From Tubiluchus corallicola (taxonomy: Eukaryota; Animalia; Priapulida): a DNA stretch of 64,000 bases. How positions within the stretch are numbered: the stretch's first letter is position 1; each line of letters begins with the position of its first letter. A program made the position numbers and the translations under genes. Positions 42,406 through 58,013 of the stretch are shown here, piece after piece. The notes beneath the pieces were generated by a model. That model worked only from the letters and a program-made list of their open reading frames with translations. It was not told the origin of the DNA and did no database searches. The DNA lies in NCBI GenBank assembly GCA_030141605.1, contig JAQGDQ010000010.1, positions 1-64,000 of the forward strand, written 5' to 3'.

Positions 42406-44354
42406 AAAAAAACGGATAGGAAGATGAACAGAGAAAGAGAGAGTTGCCAGAAGGAAAAAAGTTTAGGCGAAATTAAAGGCAAATCAAGTATATTTAACCA
42501 ATTATACGCATACTATTAAAGGGTTATTCTGTAATTTCATCATTTTTGAGTGAGAGTAAATGTATTGTGCTAGCATTCAATCATGTGTTTTACTGTTAGA
42601 TGTGAATAATTCTTGTGTACAGCAAGTAGTATTTTCAAAAGTGTATCATCGTTGTTACATATTGTATATAACTGATAAGTTGATAATAAGCTAAAATGAA
42701 TATATAAATTAAAGCACACATATACACGTAGGAAAAACGAGGAAACTGAATTTAATAAACTTAAAAATAAAGATTCGTTGGTCCAGTGAGACGGGTAAAA
42801 TGTATCTAAAATGCATTAAAAGTGTTCTGCCAGTCACCAATTTAATGTTAAAGTTTGATTTAATTAAAACAAAACGAGTAGATTTACTATTATAAGCATA
42901 TAAAATAATAATTTAAACATTTCTTACATAAAACACAAAGGAAACTTTCCACATTGTGACAATTTCAGTAAAACCAACACTAAGATCACGACGCATTGTT
43001 ATAATCTGGTTTTGGGTTAAATTCTGGTAAACGTATTTTTCTTACTACTGTTCTAATGTCTTTCATATCTGTTAGTTTCCCTAATTTTTTATTGTTTGGA
43101 CGTTGAGCGTCTTGTACATTGTACAATTCTGTAACATGACAGCCAAATGTGATTTAGATAAAGAGGTAAGCAAGACACGCAATACGCAATGTTTTTTGCC
43201 TTTAGTTAATTTAGTTTATGCTGTCTAGATATGTATAGAGCATTAACATGGGATATGTCATATGTCACTAAAAAGTTTAAACTTTAAATATTTAATTATT
43301 TTATATGTTTAATTATCTAAATTTGATTATGCAAATGTGCTAATGTTGTGAAGAAACGACCGTGTTACAATAAAATAATAAATGAATTGAAAATAATTTG
43401 AATTTGAATTAAATACAAAAGCAATGAATACTGCCAAAGTTTACTGAATTTGACTTGCATGTTTTGATTTAGCAAAACAGAAGTATTAAAGAGATAAAAT
43501 GTCATACCAAAACAACTTACAAGCACATTTTAAATCCATAATATTCCAAAGTTCATTTTCAACACACAACCTTTCAAGTCTCATTGATTTAATTTGTTTA
43601 TTTTAATTTAATTTTACCACCACGTAAGCAAATGAAAAACTACAATGACAATACGAGGTAGAAAAAATAGCGAAGTAGTCAAGGTATATGCTTAATAATC
43701 GAAGTCGAGTAATATCCACAGTTAACTTGGTCAATGAATGAAAGGAAACAACCTACTGAAATACCTGGTTGGCGTAAAGGTGATTCGTCATAAAGCTTCT
43801 GCGTGTTAATTCCATAGAGGAAGATTGTATCAATATCCAAACGTAGCTACAACACTTCTGTTGATGCATTTATATTCAACAGCTACATTCCGGTCTAACA
43901 GCAATTCTTGTACGGAGGCACTGCTTAAGTGCCTCAACATGTTTACCTTTCTTTTCTACAACCAAAGCAATATAACATGTTTCTATACTTTATCAAAATG
44001 TGTGTTATACCACTTCCCAAAAGATAATATAAATATGTGTTACCATATCAGTAATGAAGACCTTTTTGGCTTATAGCCCTACTTGCAACTATGCAGGTGT
44101 GGACAGCTAGCGTACAAACGCCAAACTCGGACAATATTTTTGAGTGTATTAGGTGGACACTGTTGGACACACATCAGACTATCACGTTGCACAGAAAAAA
44201 TAAACTATGAACCAAGAAGACAGAAGCATCTGCAGACATCTGTAGATACAACAAGCAGCAAGTTGGAGAATCCTAGACGGAAAAGAGAAGCAGGCCCTCG
44301 AGCTCCGTGTAACGGTCTCTTTTCTCTCGCTCGTACTGTTCTTCACTGTCACCG

Positions 44355-44515
<161 letters not shown>

Positions 44516-44998
44516 GCTCGCTCCCTCCCTCTCTCTCCCGGTAAGAATTCAATATTATTAAACACCAAACCAGATAGACAAGAAGCCTTCGGTAAGGCAA
44601 CAGATACCTTCGGAACCTGTACAGCCATAAACATGAAGTACACACATCCACAGCCGCAAAGTTATAATTAACTACAGAAAATCAGACTATCACAGGCAAT
44701 CTAATTGGTCTCTAGGGCGCACATTAATGGCACATTCATCTAAATTAGAGCCTATGAATCTATACTGGGAGGCATCGACATACACATCTCCATAATAATT
44801 GTCTGAACATGTGAGGTTGCTTTAACATCAATCCTAGCTAATTGCAGGGCACCGGGACAGATCACTGGGAATTTTCGCTGCCCACTCCAACCCAATTTAC
44901 TTAATTTCCAAACAAACTACAGACGTTAAGAATAATAGGGAAAGACTAAAATAAGACTAATGTGAAATGACAGTGACAAGATATGGAAAACAGGAAGT

Positions 44999-45143
<145 letters not shown>

Positions 45144-45889
45144 TGAAAGGTAAAATCATAAAACCGCCAAAAAACTATAACTATTTATATGTATTCAAAG
45201 ATGAAAAATCTACAACAAAGTATAATTATGTGGTGTATGCATTCAAAGGCGAGTTATTACGACGAGCACGAAGAAATTATATTGTCATCCTCTTAACATT
45301 AGACTATGTTACATACGTATAGAAAAATATAAACACAGTTTTGTATCCTGATATAGTTTAGATCTTAGTTCGTAATTATGAATTCTCTTAGTTTCGGTAC
45401 ATTACCCAATAAATTCAATACTTCCATGTAACTTTTAGAGTAACACTCAGCAGTACAGTTCATCAATTCAATTGTTCAAGTATTTGAACTTTTAAAAATT
45501 GCTGCTACTTAACTTCACCACTTGAGCATATATACTACATAGAGATCGTTCATGGATATAATATTAAATGGTAGAATCATGCATAGCAAAAGCTTCAAAA
45601 TATTTGAACTTAAAATTTTGAAAATATACTTTATTTGCCAGTAGAACATCATGCAAAATACTTTTAGGAATTCTGCTCCAGTTAGATAGGCGTGTAATTG
45701 GCTTCACGTAATTCCAACTCTGAAGCTGTTGTTTATACTTTGAAATTTAATACGGATGATAATTTTGATGCTTACAGTTTACTATATAATAATATGTATA
45801 CATGTCATTAATTTCTATGCAGTCATGTAGATACAAGAATAAAATTTCCAAGCAACAGGATAATAGACATAATAGTAACAATGGCCATA

Positions 45890-46125
<236 letters not shown>

Positions 46126-46177
46126 TGTTATGAAGAAGAAATGTATATTGTTAGAAATAATAAAAATATAAATAACA

Positions 46178-46314
46178 ACATTAATAATAATAAAGTTCTT
46201 GTTTATTAAATATTCTAGAATTTGAATCATATGAGTATAATCATATGCATTCACAATGTATATTCAAATTCTAGAATATTTACTAAACAAGAACCTGATT
46301 ATTATTATTAATGT
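46178..46314. repeat. AT-rich inverted repeat (~50 bp arms, ~35 nt loop)
   Basis: acattaataataataaagttcttgtttattaaatattctagaatttgaat pairs with attcaaattctagaatatttactaaacaagaacctgattattattattaatgt. Confidence 0.85.
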
Positions 46315-47398
46315 ATTCACCAGCCTCCAAATGACACGTAGAGTAAATATAGTATTTATTATTATAACAATTACTAAGAGACATGATTATTAGCCTAAGC
46401 TAAATTAATAGTATTTATGTTAGAATAAGTGTGTCAGTAAATTAGGTATATTAAATATTTTGAAATTCCACAAATTGCTTTTTGTTAACGTGTTATTAAT
46501 TTAAAAGCCTATACAATTCGATTGGACATAATATCTCATTAACGGATGACGTTAGAACTGTCGACAGACATGTTGTCTTTCACATAATGGCACGACAAAA
46601 ATTAATTATAATTAAAATTACAGCAAATTACATAACACATAACATAGCACATATATGTCCAACAAAAACACAGTTACGTAACATAATATAACGCAACTAA
46701 AAAACACGTACTTACTGAGATACATTTTACAGAGGGCAAATATAAATAGTCAAAAAGATTATAGGTACAGAAAAGTCTAAGAAATTATGACGGAGCAACT
46801 ATTTCAGTTGGAAATGTTTCAAACAAACAGCTTGTGTTTGTCTTATTTTATTGCACTTGCTTTCTACATTATTTTACACGACAAACATATGATTAAAATA
46901 AATGTTTAAAAATTACTACACGCAATTAATTAATTACTGTCACACATTACAATAAGCGTGTCATTTTCATTACCAAGTTGCTATATAAACCGCTTTCAGA
47001 ATTTCTAATTATTAACAGTTAAATACAGTTCGCATACTGTACAATACTCCTATACTGTTTCTATATATAAATTTTATGCAAACATTGATAGTATAAAACC
47101 CCATACCTGATATCAGCTATCGATGACGGAGATAAACCACTGCCTCCTCTCCGCTTACAATACTCACCCGAGAAACCACGCCAATTGAAAACTCACCCTA
47201 CATGTAACCATGACAAAGATGATGAGTGCTGGCTCCAGTTGCAGCAACAAGTAAGATGCGGGGTTGCCAGGGAGATGCGGCATCAGCAGCCGAACGCAGA
47301 GGATCATGAGAATTAAAGTTGCGAAAGACAAGTAGTTTTTTGTTTGTATAAGCGAATTACAAAGACTGTTTTCCTGCATTGATAAAAAAAGTTCCATA

Positions 47399-47595
47399 CA
47401 GCGAACCTCGTTATAACCCCCTTCCCCACATATAACGCCAAACTCGCTTAACGCACGGATTTTTGGCAAAACAAAGTATTTATATTTGCATATATATATA
47501 TATATATGTATTAAAGTACCTCATTATAATGCCAAACTCGCTTAACGTCAATTTTTGGCAGCCCAAAAGCAGATAGTATAAAATGGTTCGACATT
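47399..47595. mobile_element. Tc1/mariner (pogo/Tigger-like) MITE remnant
   Basis: TA|CAGCGAACCTCGTTATAAC at the left, a degenerate GTATAAATGGTTCGAC at the right, and an internal direct repeat tataa(c/t)gccaaactcgcttaacg present twice. Confidence 0.55.
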
Positions 47596-47618
47596 AGATA
47601 TACATATCATGAAAATAA

Positions 47619-47665
<47 letters not shown>

Positions 47666-50294
47666 TTAGCTTATGATCAGTAACGATACAATTTTACTAT
47701 TTCTTTGCTTATAATCAATCAAGTACCATTTATTTACCTCTAGCTTTTTATTGCTTTCAGAATATTTTTACTTCGATAACTTTTAACAAAGGTTAAACTT
47801 AACATTGAGAACAAGGGATAAAAGAAGCAGACGCCATTTTAGACGACAAAGACTAATGGCCTATTTATAAAAATGCAAATTATAACAATAATTATAAGAT
47901 AAATGTTACCGAGAAATTTATTTCAAAATTCATAATTATTCTCCAATTTTTTTGCTTCATTACAATAGCACTAGTTAATTAATTTTAATTAGAAAAGGCT
48001 TAATAAGAATGGGCTACTTTACCCTACAGATTTTTCAAGAAATATTTAAAAGCACTTTCACTAAAACAATTTACAAAAGATTGCATCGCACATGAACAAA
48101 CATTTTTTATAATGAAAATTTATTTTATATTTATTATCAAATAAAAATAAAAGACAGACTGAATAAATGAAATAATGAAGAAGTGAATAAACGCACGCAA
48201 ATAAATGAATAGGTAATAATAATTATGTAATTTTTTTGTAAACTGTTCGACACGTGTGTTAGTGCATAAAGGAAAACAAGCACACGAACTTTCTAAAATA
48301 ATTACTAATTAATTATTGTGATCTTAAACATAACAATTTTTTCACATTTTTTCTTGTTCTTCATGTTTGATATCAAAGGTCAATTAATTGTAGATTTGTA
48401 ACATCATAATTAGTAAAATGACAGTAAGTTGTTAGATGTTTATTTTGGAATACATCTATGTTTAAATATACTTCTGCTTCAATTAAGTTTATAATTACAA
48501 CCGCTATATCAGAATTCTTGATCAGACCTGGACGCCCAATCACGAATTCTCAAATCAAAAATTTGAAATTTTATTAATCGACTAACACGTCAATATATAT
48601 ATTAAAGCTCTCACAAGTAACAGTGGTTGTGATTTGTGTGCTGGCAAAAGAACAGCGTCAGATGTAGGCTCGTACGTTACCCGTGGACTCAATGCATATT
48701 TAATGCTTCCCATAGTCCTTATTTACAAAAGGCAAAACATTTTGAATACGGACAAGCATTAGCTAGAATAATAGACGGGATTATTGACTGATTGCGCGTA
48801 AGGCTGAAAGCAAAAGCAGAGTGTCAGAAATACAATTACCCATCCCTGGTCGTAAATGAAACCTATAAAAAAGAGATAACATCTTGCAGATCTCTGCGTA
48901 TTTTACAAATTTCAAATAACCTCAAATCAAATCAATGTTAGAAATTAGCAAATTGCCATTGATAATCTCCTGAGATGAGCCAGTGAACTGAACAGAACTG
49001 GTAAAGGTCTTTTAGCCATGTTCCTGATGTGTCTAACCGCCTTAATGACAGTCTTTTACGCCTTGATATATAACATATGTGTACGAAGGCAAAAGACGGT
49101 ACAAAACTGCCTGAAGTAGTTTTCCAAGTGATCGCTTAACCAGTTAAAAATCAGGTTGGCAATGCTTAACTTTTGTGAAAAGTACACATTACGATCACTC
49201 AGCTACCCAGCTCCTCCCTCTCGCGGCAATTCCAATAACAGCAATTTACCAATAAACCATGAGAACGACGGAGAAAAATGAAAAAAGTACAATCGCAATC
49301 AACCCTCATTTTATGTTTCGCATAATAATAGCTTCGCAGGAGCGCTCGCTTTTTCAAACCTAAAGTGCTAAAGCTAATGAATAATCTTCAAGATTGATTT
49401 TTAAAAAGCCATCTATAGCGATTTTAATCTTAAAAGTGCAAAACTTGCGTACTGTAGATATATATATATATAATTATATGCCTACATTTTCAGATCATTG
49501 AGCTTAATTAAAGGCCACGCAGACAGAGTTTACACAATCACCTGGATATGCATAATGATTTAAACAAAACTCTCACAGCACACCACCTATTCGACTGCAC
49601 TGATGTGCACTATTTACAACAAACTATATCAAGTGAACAAAGCAGCCTTATTGTACCTTTGCTATTTATGCAAACGCGTTTCACTTGCGATATTTTTAAA
49701 TAATCGATTTTTAATCATTCTTAAATATAATAATTCTTTATAACATAAGTTTAATAAATATCCTTAAAAAACACAAAATATTCAGTATACTAGCAATAAT
49801 AACCCCTATTTTGGTTTCAAAGGATTAACTTGTGAAGCCAGACAAGGTGAAATGACAATTTACCTGTCAGCGTGCGTACAATTACCAAGGTGAGAAAACC
49901 ACCTTGAGTTGCCATTATTTGAGAATCCACAAGAGTGTCTCCTTTGCGGTCAATCTACCAAGCTGGTGAATTAAGGTACGTGTTGAGCGAAAACATACAT
50001 GGCTTCTTATAGTTTAATTGTAGGGTGGAAGCAAGAGTAGCCATTGAAATATCAAAGAAGCCTTTCCCAGGCAAAAACGTTTTCAAAAATATACTATTGC
50101 GACAGCGTGTAAAAATATAAACCTGTCTCAAAACGAAATCTATGCAAAAAGTAACGTAAACTTAATAAAATTAAGCAGTACTATAAAAATATAGTGACTA
50201 CCGCTTTGTAGTACTGGCTATCCAAATGTTTGTAAGGCAAAAAATACAATCTTACATTAGTCATTTGCTCTCTCAGCATCCCCCTCATTCTCAT

Positions 50295-50373
50295 CTCTCT
50301 CCTCTCCTCTCTCTCTCTCTCTCTCTCTCTGTCTCTGTCTCTGTCTCTGTCTCTGTCTCTGTCTCTGTCTCTG

Positions 50374-50461
<88 letters not shown>

Positions 50462-50503
50462 TCTTTCCCTCCCTCCCTCTCTCTCTCTCTCCCTCTCCCT
50501 CTC
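50295..50503. repeat. Compound (CT)n/(CTCTGT)n microsatellite
   Basis: Seen directly. Confidence 0.95.
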
Positions 50504-53500
50504 CCATATATATAAGAAGACTATTTCGAGACTGCGCTGAAAGCTCATCCAATATGGCCAATACACATTACAGTTATGAAAAAATACCGTTCCGTTCAGA
50601 AAATATCATTAGTCTCGGACCATAATGTATAGAGTTACACATACTCAGAGTAATTATATCTCGCAATTGTCTTCAAGGGATGCTAGAAAAAGCACTCATT
50701 TAATGAGCGGTGAGCATTGTTAGTTGTAATTAGTAACAAGAAACCTTCGACTAGGTGCAGAGCAAATTTTTTCGGCGCGTACTTTTTTTATTTGCAATAT
50801 TGTGTAGGATGAGAAATTATATCTAATGAGCCGTAGTGGTTGTCCGTAGTTGGAAAATAATTGGAAACTGGAGATAGTCAGATAGAAGCTAGATCACAAA
50901 GACAATGAGACAGCCTGAGAAATATAGAAAGCAATTACGCGAAAGCAATTGCAAATTGATTCCAACAACCATACAAGCAACGTACGTATGACAACTCCTG
51001 TAAGAAACTGAACATATCAAATTGTAACAAAAATAATGGATTCCTCGTTTTCCACAAAAATGAGGGGAAAACGAAAAGTATACAGTAAGATCAGGTTTTT
51101 GTATGGGGACAAAAAAGGAAACGCTTTCGGATACGCTGATTACATGAAGACAACTGTCATTTTTCAATAAGTGCTGACTGAAGCTGTCACTTTTCAATAG
51201 GACCGATTGAAAAAAGACACACTGCCCAATAAAAAATACGATATCCTTGGATGCACACAATACAATAGGTTTGATAACCCCATTGCAACTATTCCATGCC
51301 TACAGTAAAAAAGTGTTGCAGTGAGTCGTTATATACTATAGAGTGCAATAAACACTTGTAGTGTATAATACCGCGTAGATATTTCCCTTCTAAATATGTA
51401 AGTACACAAGCTCATCCTTAAAAGTACCACTACCAATTACCAGTGAGAAACGTGGTACAATGAAGATAGTAGAAAAGGATAAACTTTAAGGTACTGTACA
51501 TAAGTTCTCCTTTAATCGTCAAAATTGGAATTACGGTGTATGAATTGGAATTTAAGAAATTCTCATTTAAGTCCTAGTATAGGGTTGTTCATTATGACTG
51601 CGCTAGGCTGCACGAGGCTCTCATAATTCTTCAAAATCTAGTTCATCTTGGAGCCAACTGTATGCAACGTGCAGGTGATAACAAGGCTAAAATACCTTCT
51701 TTGATTAGGATGTTGGCAAAGACCAACATTTTCCAATTTATGCGACTTCAATATAGCTAGTAGATTAAGTTAGGTTTTAAGGTGTGTTGTTTTACAACAT
51801 GCTGTATTCGCAAAGCACAGTAATTTAGTACACCAAACTGTAGGAACATAAAAGGGTGAGAAAGGCAAAAATGTGCTTATTTTTCAATAGTCGTCTTACA
51901 AAATTTATACATTGCTTATTATTTTCTACACTTTAATTTATTTTACTGACAACAAACAACAAAAACAAAGCAAACATTTCTTCTTGCTGGCCGCAACTGT
52001 TATAGCTCTCAAACAAAACACAACAGTTAATGAGCAAGCACAAGGCAAAAGAGCACTAACATCACAGACAGACTCATCAACTAATCCTTTGTGTTTTTTT
52101 CTGAAAACAAGTTGCAAATTCACATACAAGACCACGAAACACGAAAGACTTTGGCAGCAATAGGTATAACAACCCAAGTTTTACAAGTGAAGGAAATTAG
52201 TATTACAGTTTTGTATTATTTCTGTCAAGTTTCACTTCTTATTTACACAGTACATCCAAAATAACATACGAACCTAGAAATCATAAAATACATATTAAAC
52301 GACAGATGATAGAAAAAGCAATTATTCTTTTTAAACAAAACAACTTTCTACTTCTTCACTACTATTTGACTTAATTGGGGCATCTTTAAGGAACATCAAA
52401 CAAATACCTAAACAAAACTAACTCCATCTGTTAGGCGATTTACAGGATAATCCCAATCATAACAGATTTCTCTGTGAAGCTGGATCAGTTTACCAGGCAG
52501 AGCTTATGTGGAAAAACAGCAAAGTTATGGAAATTCTCCAGAGAAATGCTTCATTTGTTGTGGTGTGTGCAAAAAAATGCTATGTTCCACACTTGGGTGC
52601 CAGAAGCAATATTCTGGACAATTCCTGATGAACATTTTGCAATCCTTCAGCAACCTTGTACAATGAATCCTGGCAACTCTTCGACAGCATTCTCCATTTT
52701 TCCTAGCAAATCTTGAGAAATGTTCTGCATCATTTCCTGGCGATTCACGAATGAAACTCAACTTACTGTCACCAATTTTCAGCATTAGTTCTCAAAAATA
52801 AAATAAGTTCTGTTCAACAAAGTAAAATAAAATATATTAATTCTAAGCCAAAGTAACTAAATGTGCACTAGCTAAAGCACCTGTGGGTTAGCCAGTACAA
52901 TAAGGCTACCTAAACAAATTACTATTTAGCCAGTCCTGCCCAGTGCTGCGACTTTTGGCAAACCCTATAATGTAATCATCTTTGTTAAAACACACTGAGT
53001 CAACAAAGACATCCAGCATCTTCACAGCACAGCGCTGCAACATGTATAATTATATTTCCGAATTATTAACTTAGTGTTGCCTTACTGTTTGGCATTAGCT
53101 CGGGTTGCAGATTGGATAGATATTGACTACTGCAAATTTGCCTTGAGTTTATTGAGTTTATGACTTTTGCCACTATGGTCACACTGACAGACTTCCTGAA
53201 TCATCACAGTTAATTGTATCGTCATGAACTCACCACAGCCAATTGTGTCACTGAATAATACAATAACAAAATTTAACAAGCCACCCCGTACTTGATAAAT
53301 TTAACTTGGACTACTTTTGATTAACTTGTAGTTGGATTAATTTTTTGCTATTATAAGCATCAGTTTTAAATCCATTTTCACTAATTAAAATTCAGCACTG
53401 CTAAAACCAAATTAATGCCAGCTCATCCTCTCCACCTTTTTCTGTGTCCTCTTTCTTGTAGCCTCTAAATTCTGTTCCATTTTTTAACTTTTTAAAACTG

Positions 53501-53794
53501 TTGTGCCAAGTTTTGTGCTAAATCAAAAGAACAAGATTTACTCACCTGAAACTCTTTTCCCACAAGATGCTAACTGGGTGCACATTTTTTTCCTGAATTC
53601 CCAACAGATGGCGGCTGACTTTTTTGACTCGGCCAATTATTGCCACGGAACAACAAACCATGAATGAAGACGCAAATCCAAATCAGATGCCAAATTTGCC
53701 GATGGGGCAGATTCAACATTTGGAAAACATAAGCGCGATCTTCCAAAGACAAAGTCACACTCAAAAAAATGAGAGTGGACAAGAGAAGCTCATC

Positions 53795-54110
53795 TAAGGA
53801 ATGAACGAATGAATGCTCAAATGAGTGAAGCATGAAACAAGTACACGACTAAATGAAATACGAACTGCACGTATGAGTAAACTGAATTAGTGAAAGAATG
53901 AAAGAGTGAACGCATGCATGCATGAATGAATGAACTAACGAAGGAAGGAAGAAACAACGGAAGGAAATAAGGGAGGAAGGAATAAATGAATTTATGAATG
54001 TTATGGATGAATGAATGAATAATCGCTGGCTGACTGCCTGGGTATTTGGCTCGATGGACAGAAGGTCTGACTGAATAAATGCATTAATAAATAAAATAAA
54101 GAAATAATAA
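53795..54110. repeat. Degenerate (GAAT/GAAG)n tetranucleotide tract
   Basis: Seen directly; similar decayed tetramer tracts occur at 1420..1620, 10480..10680 and 21240..21410. Confidence 0.75.
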
Positions 54111-55103
54111 ATAGAGCAATAAAATAAGAAAACACATGCAAGTAATACTTAACCACTTAACATATTAACAAATTACTATTGGGAAATCAGTTCTATAAAT
54201 ATTAAAGAAAAAGCCAAGCCTTCTGGGAAATTATGTTTATTTCAATGTTTATGAAAAACATTAGAAAGATTTAGTAATAAAAGTGCGACAAGCTCCTGGA
54301 ATAATTAGTAAAAAAACTTTAAAGGTGTGATCATTTCACGTTTGGGCCCATTTTTCCACCAAAGATCTCACTCGCCGACTGAAGAAAAGCAGCGCACTGT
54401 CAATTTCCGTCCAAAGAATAATACGCATTTACAAAAAAGAAAGCTAATTTTGAACACTAGGTAGTTGTAGAAGTTTGAATTACGTTAAGCAGCACGCTCT
54501 TACGGAAACCCTCGATGCGCTTACGAAAAGTCACGAAGTCCACTAGATGCGTCATAATTTTCAAGTGAATAGTGGCTATCAACGCGCCCGAAAATTTTTT
54601 ACAGCGGTAGTATAAATTAACTTTGTGAATTAGAGACAGTTTTTTGCAAATTTCTTTATTTGTTATTTTGTGTATAAGCGAAAGCAGCAAAATAAACCCA
54701 GCATACTAAATATCGAGTAAATGACGCGTCTTTTCCTTTAATAACTACTATGTATTATTATGTAAGGAGTGTACTTACTAATATGAAGAAACTATACTTA
54801 ACTTCTACGAAAGAAATTCTCAAATAAAGGTTAAATTCATTTCATGACTGTAATTGCACAAGAATTGCAGTCATTAAATACAGATAAAAAGAAAATATCT
54901 TTTAAATAATTGTTATTATTAAAAAAAATTAATGAACTGAATTTTGAAATACGAAATATGAGATATTTTTGTTAGCATAACAGTTATTCACTTTTCTAGT
55001 ACCAGATTACTGCTTAAGTAACGAAAGAGTAGTCGATTACTTTAAGTAACAGAGTATTTAACTGAAAAGGAGAGATGCTTGCTTGTAAGTACAACATTGT
55101 TTG

Positions 55104-55136
55104 GGCGCACAGCAGAGGGCGGGACAGTCGAGATTT
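55104..55136 (+). repeat. 33 bp dispersed repeat (second copy at 57542..57574) containing a CTCF-like motif
   Basis: GGCGCACAGCAGAGGGC(G/C)GGACAGTCGAGATTT, one mismatch between copies. Confidence 0.8.
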
Positions 55137-57263
55137 GCGCTCTAATAACGGAAGACGAAACAACCAAAAAGAAAAACGGGTTTCTAGTCTCAAGCCGCGG
55201 GGGCAGTGAAAAAACGACGGAAAAAGCACGCAAACTTAAGTGTTCTGGTATCAACTTCTTCAAACTTCAAGCAGATATGATTTCAGTAAAAAGCTCAGAC
55301 AGATTAGCTGACATCTTGGCTGAGATGAACTAACTGGATAACTCTGTCTAATTTTCTTTGACAAAACAAGAGAAGGGTTGGCGAGCGGATCCATACCGAG
55401 GGAGTATAAAGGTTAAGCAGGACCACGTACTGAAACTTGTTGGATATTTCAAAAAAAGGAAAATAATTGTTTTGAAAACCAATTTGTTACAACAATTCAT
55501 TTGAAAGTAGTAGAAAGTATCAATAAAATGCAACGTTGCGCAACCTAACCACGCCTTCTGCAGTAAGACAGCAATCAGAAGCCGGTTAAGATAGCAGCTA
55601 AATCAACAGGGAGAGAACCATGGCAGAAAACATACAGTTTTTTATTTTCGGTGTAAAATAACAGCAACAATATTTACAGTTGCGAATTGATAGTAAGCGC
55701 TGATTACTAACTATGTTCACATTAGGGTGATTAGCATTTGGTATCAACGGCAAAACAGTTACTAGAAGCAAATGTAGAATGGTTAGAGGTAGAATGATAG
55801 AGCTCATCTGTCATGAGCTGGGATTTAGAAGAGGTACAGCTGGTGTTAGTGGTCTCACCTTCTGCCATTAGCGCATCACCTTGACAGCAACGATTTATCA
55901 ACATGTAGGGTTTTCTTTTAAAGCTACTAATTTTAATGTGCAGTTGTAATAGTTAAATATTGCAGAAGCGTCTGCTCTACCTAAAGCAATTGTTAATTAC
56001 ATAAAAAAACTGAAAATCACGCTGCTGTTAACATTGCCAAAAGTTAGAAGCCGTTCTGTAAATTAAGAACCTCGAACACTGAGATTTTAATTACACTAAC
56101 CCCAGTTCTCTGTATTTTAGGCTTATATGAAAATGCTGCGCTAATTCATCAAATGTTAGGAACATATCGCCAAGAAATGACAGCAGAAACTTCTTTCGTG
56201 GAAGTTGGACAACCTCTGTCATACTGGAAACTGTAGCATAGTAGCTCTGATCACTCCATATTCCAGACCTACTCCATCTCCAAAGTTGTCTAACCAAAAC
56301 AAGTTTCAAAGAGTTTCATTCATGAAGTCCCCAAACTCATGCTAAAATGCTTTTTCCTTATGTCTTTGCCAACACCAGCCACACTGACAACAAAACGAAA
56401 ATTTGTTTTTGAAACACCATAAGTGGAACCGGTAATAGCTCTTTTGCTATGCAGACATCGCAATAAACACTTCTACCAGAGCGGCAGAAACTGAAAAACC
56501 ATAATTACCCAGCTTACTCGTGTTCTACACGTTCATAAAAACGCAGTTGCCTCAAGAGTGATGGTCTCTTAGACCAGATGTACGATCGTAAAAATTTATC
56601 TCATTATACTTATCGCATCCAAGAGCAAGAATATTGCGTATTTAAAACGTGCACACTTAAGCTCAAGTAATAAGAAATAAATGTGATTTTTAGTCTTTAC
56701 AACTTTGTCTTTCTATTAATAGAACCTTTGCACACTGGTAAGCAAAAATTTCCAGCAAATTAAAGCATCCTATAAGCTACAGCTTGCTTTCAGGTACGTC
56801 GTTTACATGATAAGTAAATTGTCGCTAGAGACCTTAGGCTTAAAATACTGCGCTTGTCTCCAATGTCGTATCAGTTTTGTCATTTTCATTATTTCCGCGA
56901 CCTTCACATTTGTGGGCAACAGTATTTTATGACGCTGTCAAAATTGTGACACTTTGCCGACTACAGTTAAAACTTTATCTGCCTTTATCTCTCTTCGAAG
57001 GCGGACTTATTTATTGGGGAAAACAGTAATGTGATAGCACTATATTTACAGCGCTGATAAGAATTAGTGAATTAGTCATTTAAAAATTTTGCGCTTGATA
57101 TTTGACAGTTGCACACGTTTCAGTAAATACACGTCTAAAACTGGCCTCTCATCCAAGAGAAATCGCAAGGAAATTGCAATCTAGCTGATTGAATTGAAAT
57201 TCCTCACCCAACTGCCTGGATGCCGTTTATAAGATCATTTAGTATTGTCCATTTCGTAAATAT

Positions 57264-58013
57264 AGGAATGTAGGTAAAATGGCACAGGAAACAAATGGCC
57301 CAAATGGAACAGTAGAAAAATGACTCACTTAGTAAAATGTGCGTTTGTTTGCATTAAATTAGTATTACATTAAAATCAGAAACAAACAAATTATCATATC
57401 TATTCTTCATTAATAATTATTATAATAAAACACGGTGTATTCAAGGCACACATCGTTCATTATAAACAACAGAAACATCTCATCACTGTAAAACATAATG
57501 CAAAAGACTTAAAATGCAGTGAAAGCTTCACGGTCACTTTAGGCGCACAGCAGAGGGCCGGACAGTCGAGATTTACTGTTTTAATAGCTCTAAAAACAAT
57601 AAAGCCTGATAAAAATAACCATAGAGTAAGTATCGCTTGTTTTGTTATTGTATTGCTCAGATAAATTAATCCACTCTTTAAGTACTTTAAAGACCACACT
57701 AGATATATTCATTAAGACGAACACTGTAATTAGCTGATTAGCAAGCAGTGCATTTTTCTAACAATTAGTAATATGCTAACGTCGAGATCTTGCTTGGAAT
57801 CTGTTACCTACTGATCCCCCTACAATTATTCCTATTGCTCGGGAATGTATGGAAGCTACATGCTTAATTGTTTGAAAAGTGGTTTCCTTTTGAAAGCCCT
57901 TTATCCGAAAATAAGCCTATTAAGCCGCGTATACTGTATATTATATCATTGTGTCATTTTTACCACTTTTCCATTTGTACCGTTTTTGCCTGTGCCATTT
58001 GGGCCACATTCCT
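57264..58013. mobile_element. MITE-like element with ~60 bp imperfect TIRs
   Basis: aggaatgtaggtaaaatggcacaggaaacaaatggcccaaatggaacagtagaaaaatgac vs the reverse complement of 57953..58013, aggaatgtggcccaaatggcacaggcaaaaacggtacaaatggaaaagtggtaaaaatgac. Confidence 0.6.

Noticed and set aside
43780-44340. Additional LINE fragments
   Set aside because: Motif similarity is too weak to support by eye.
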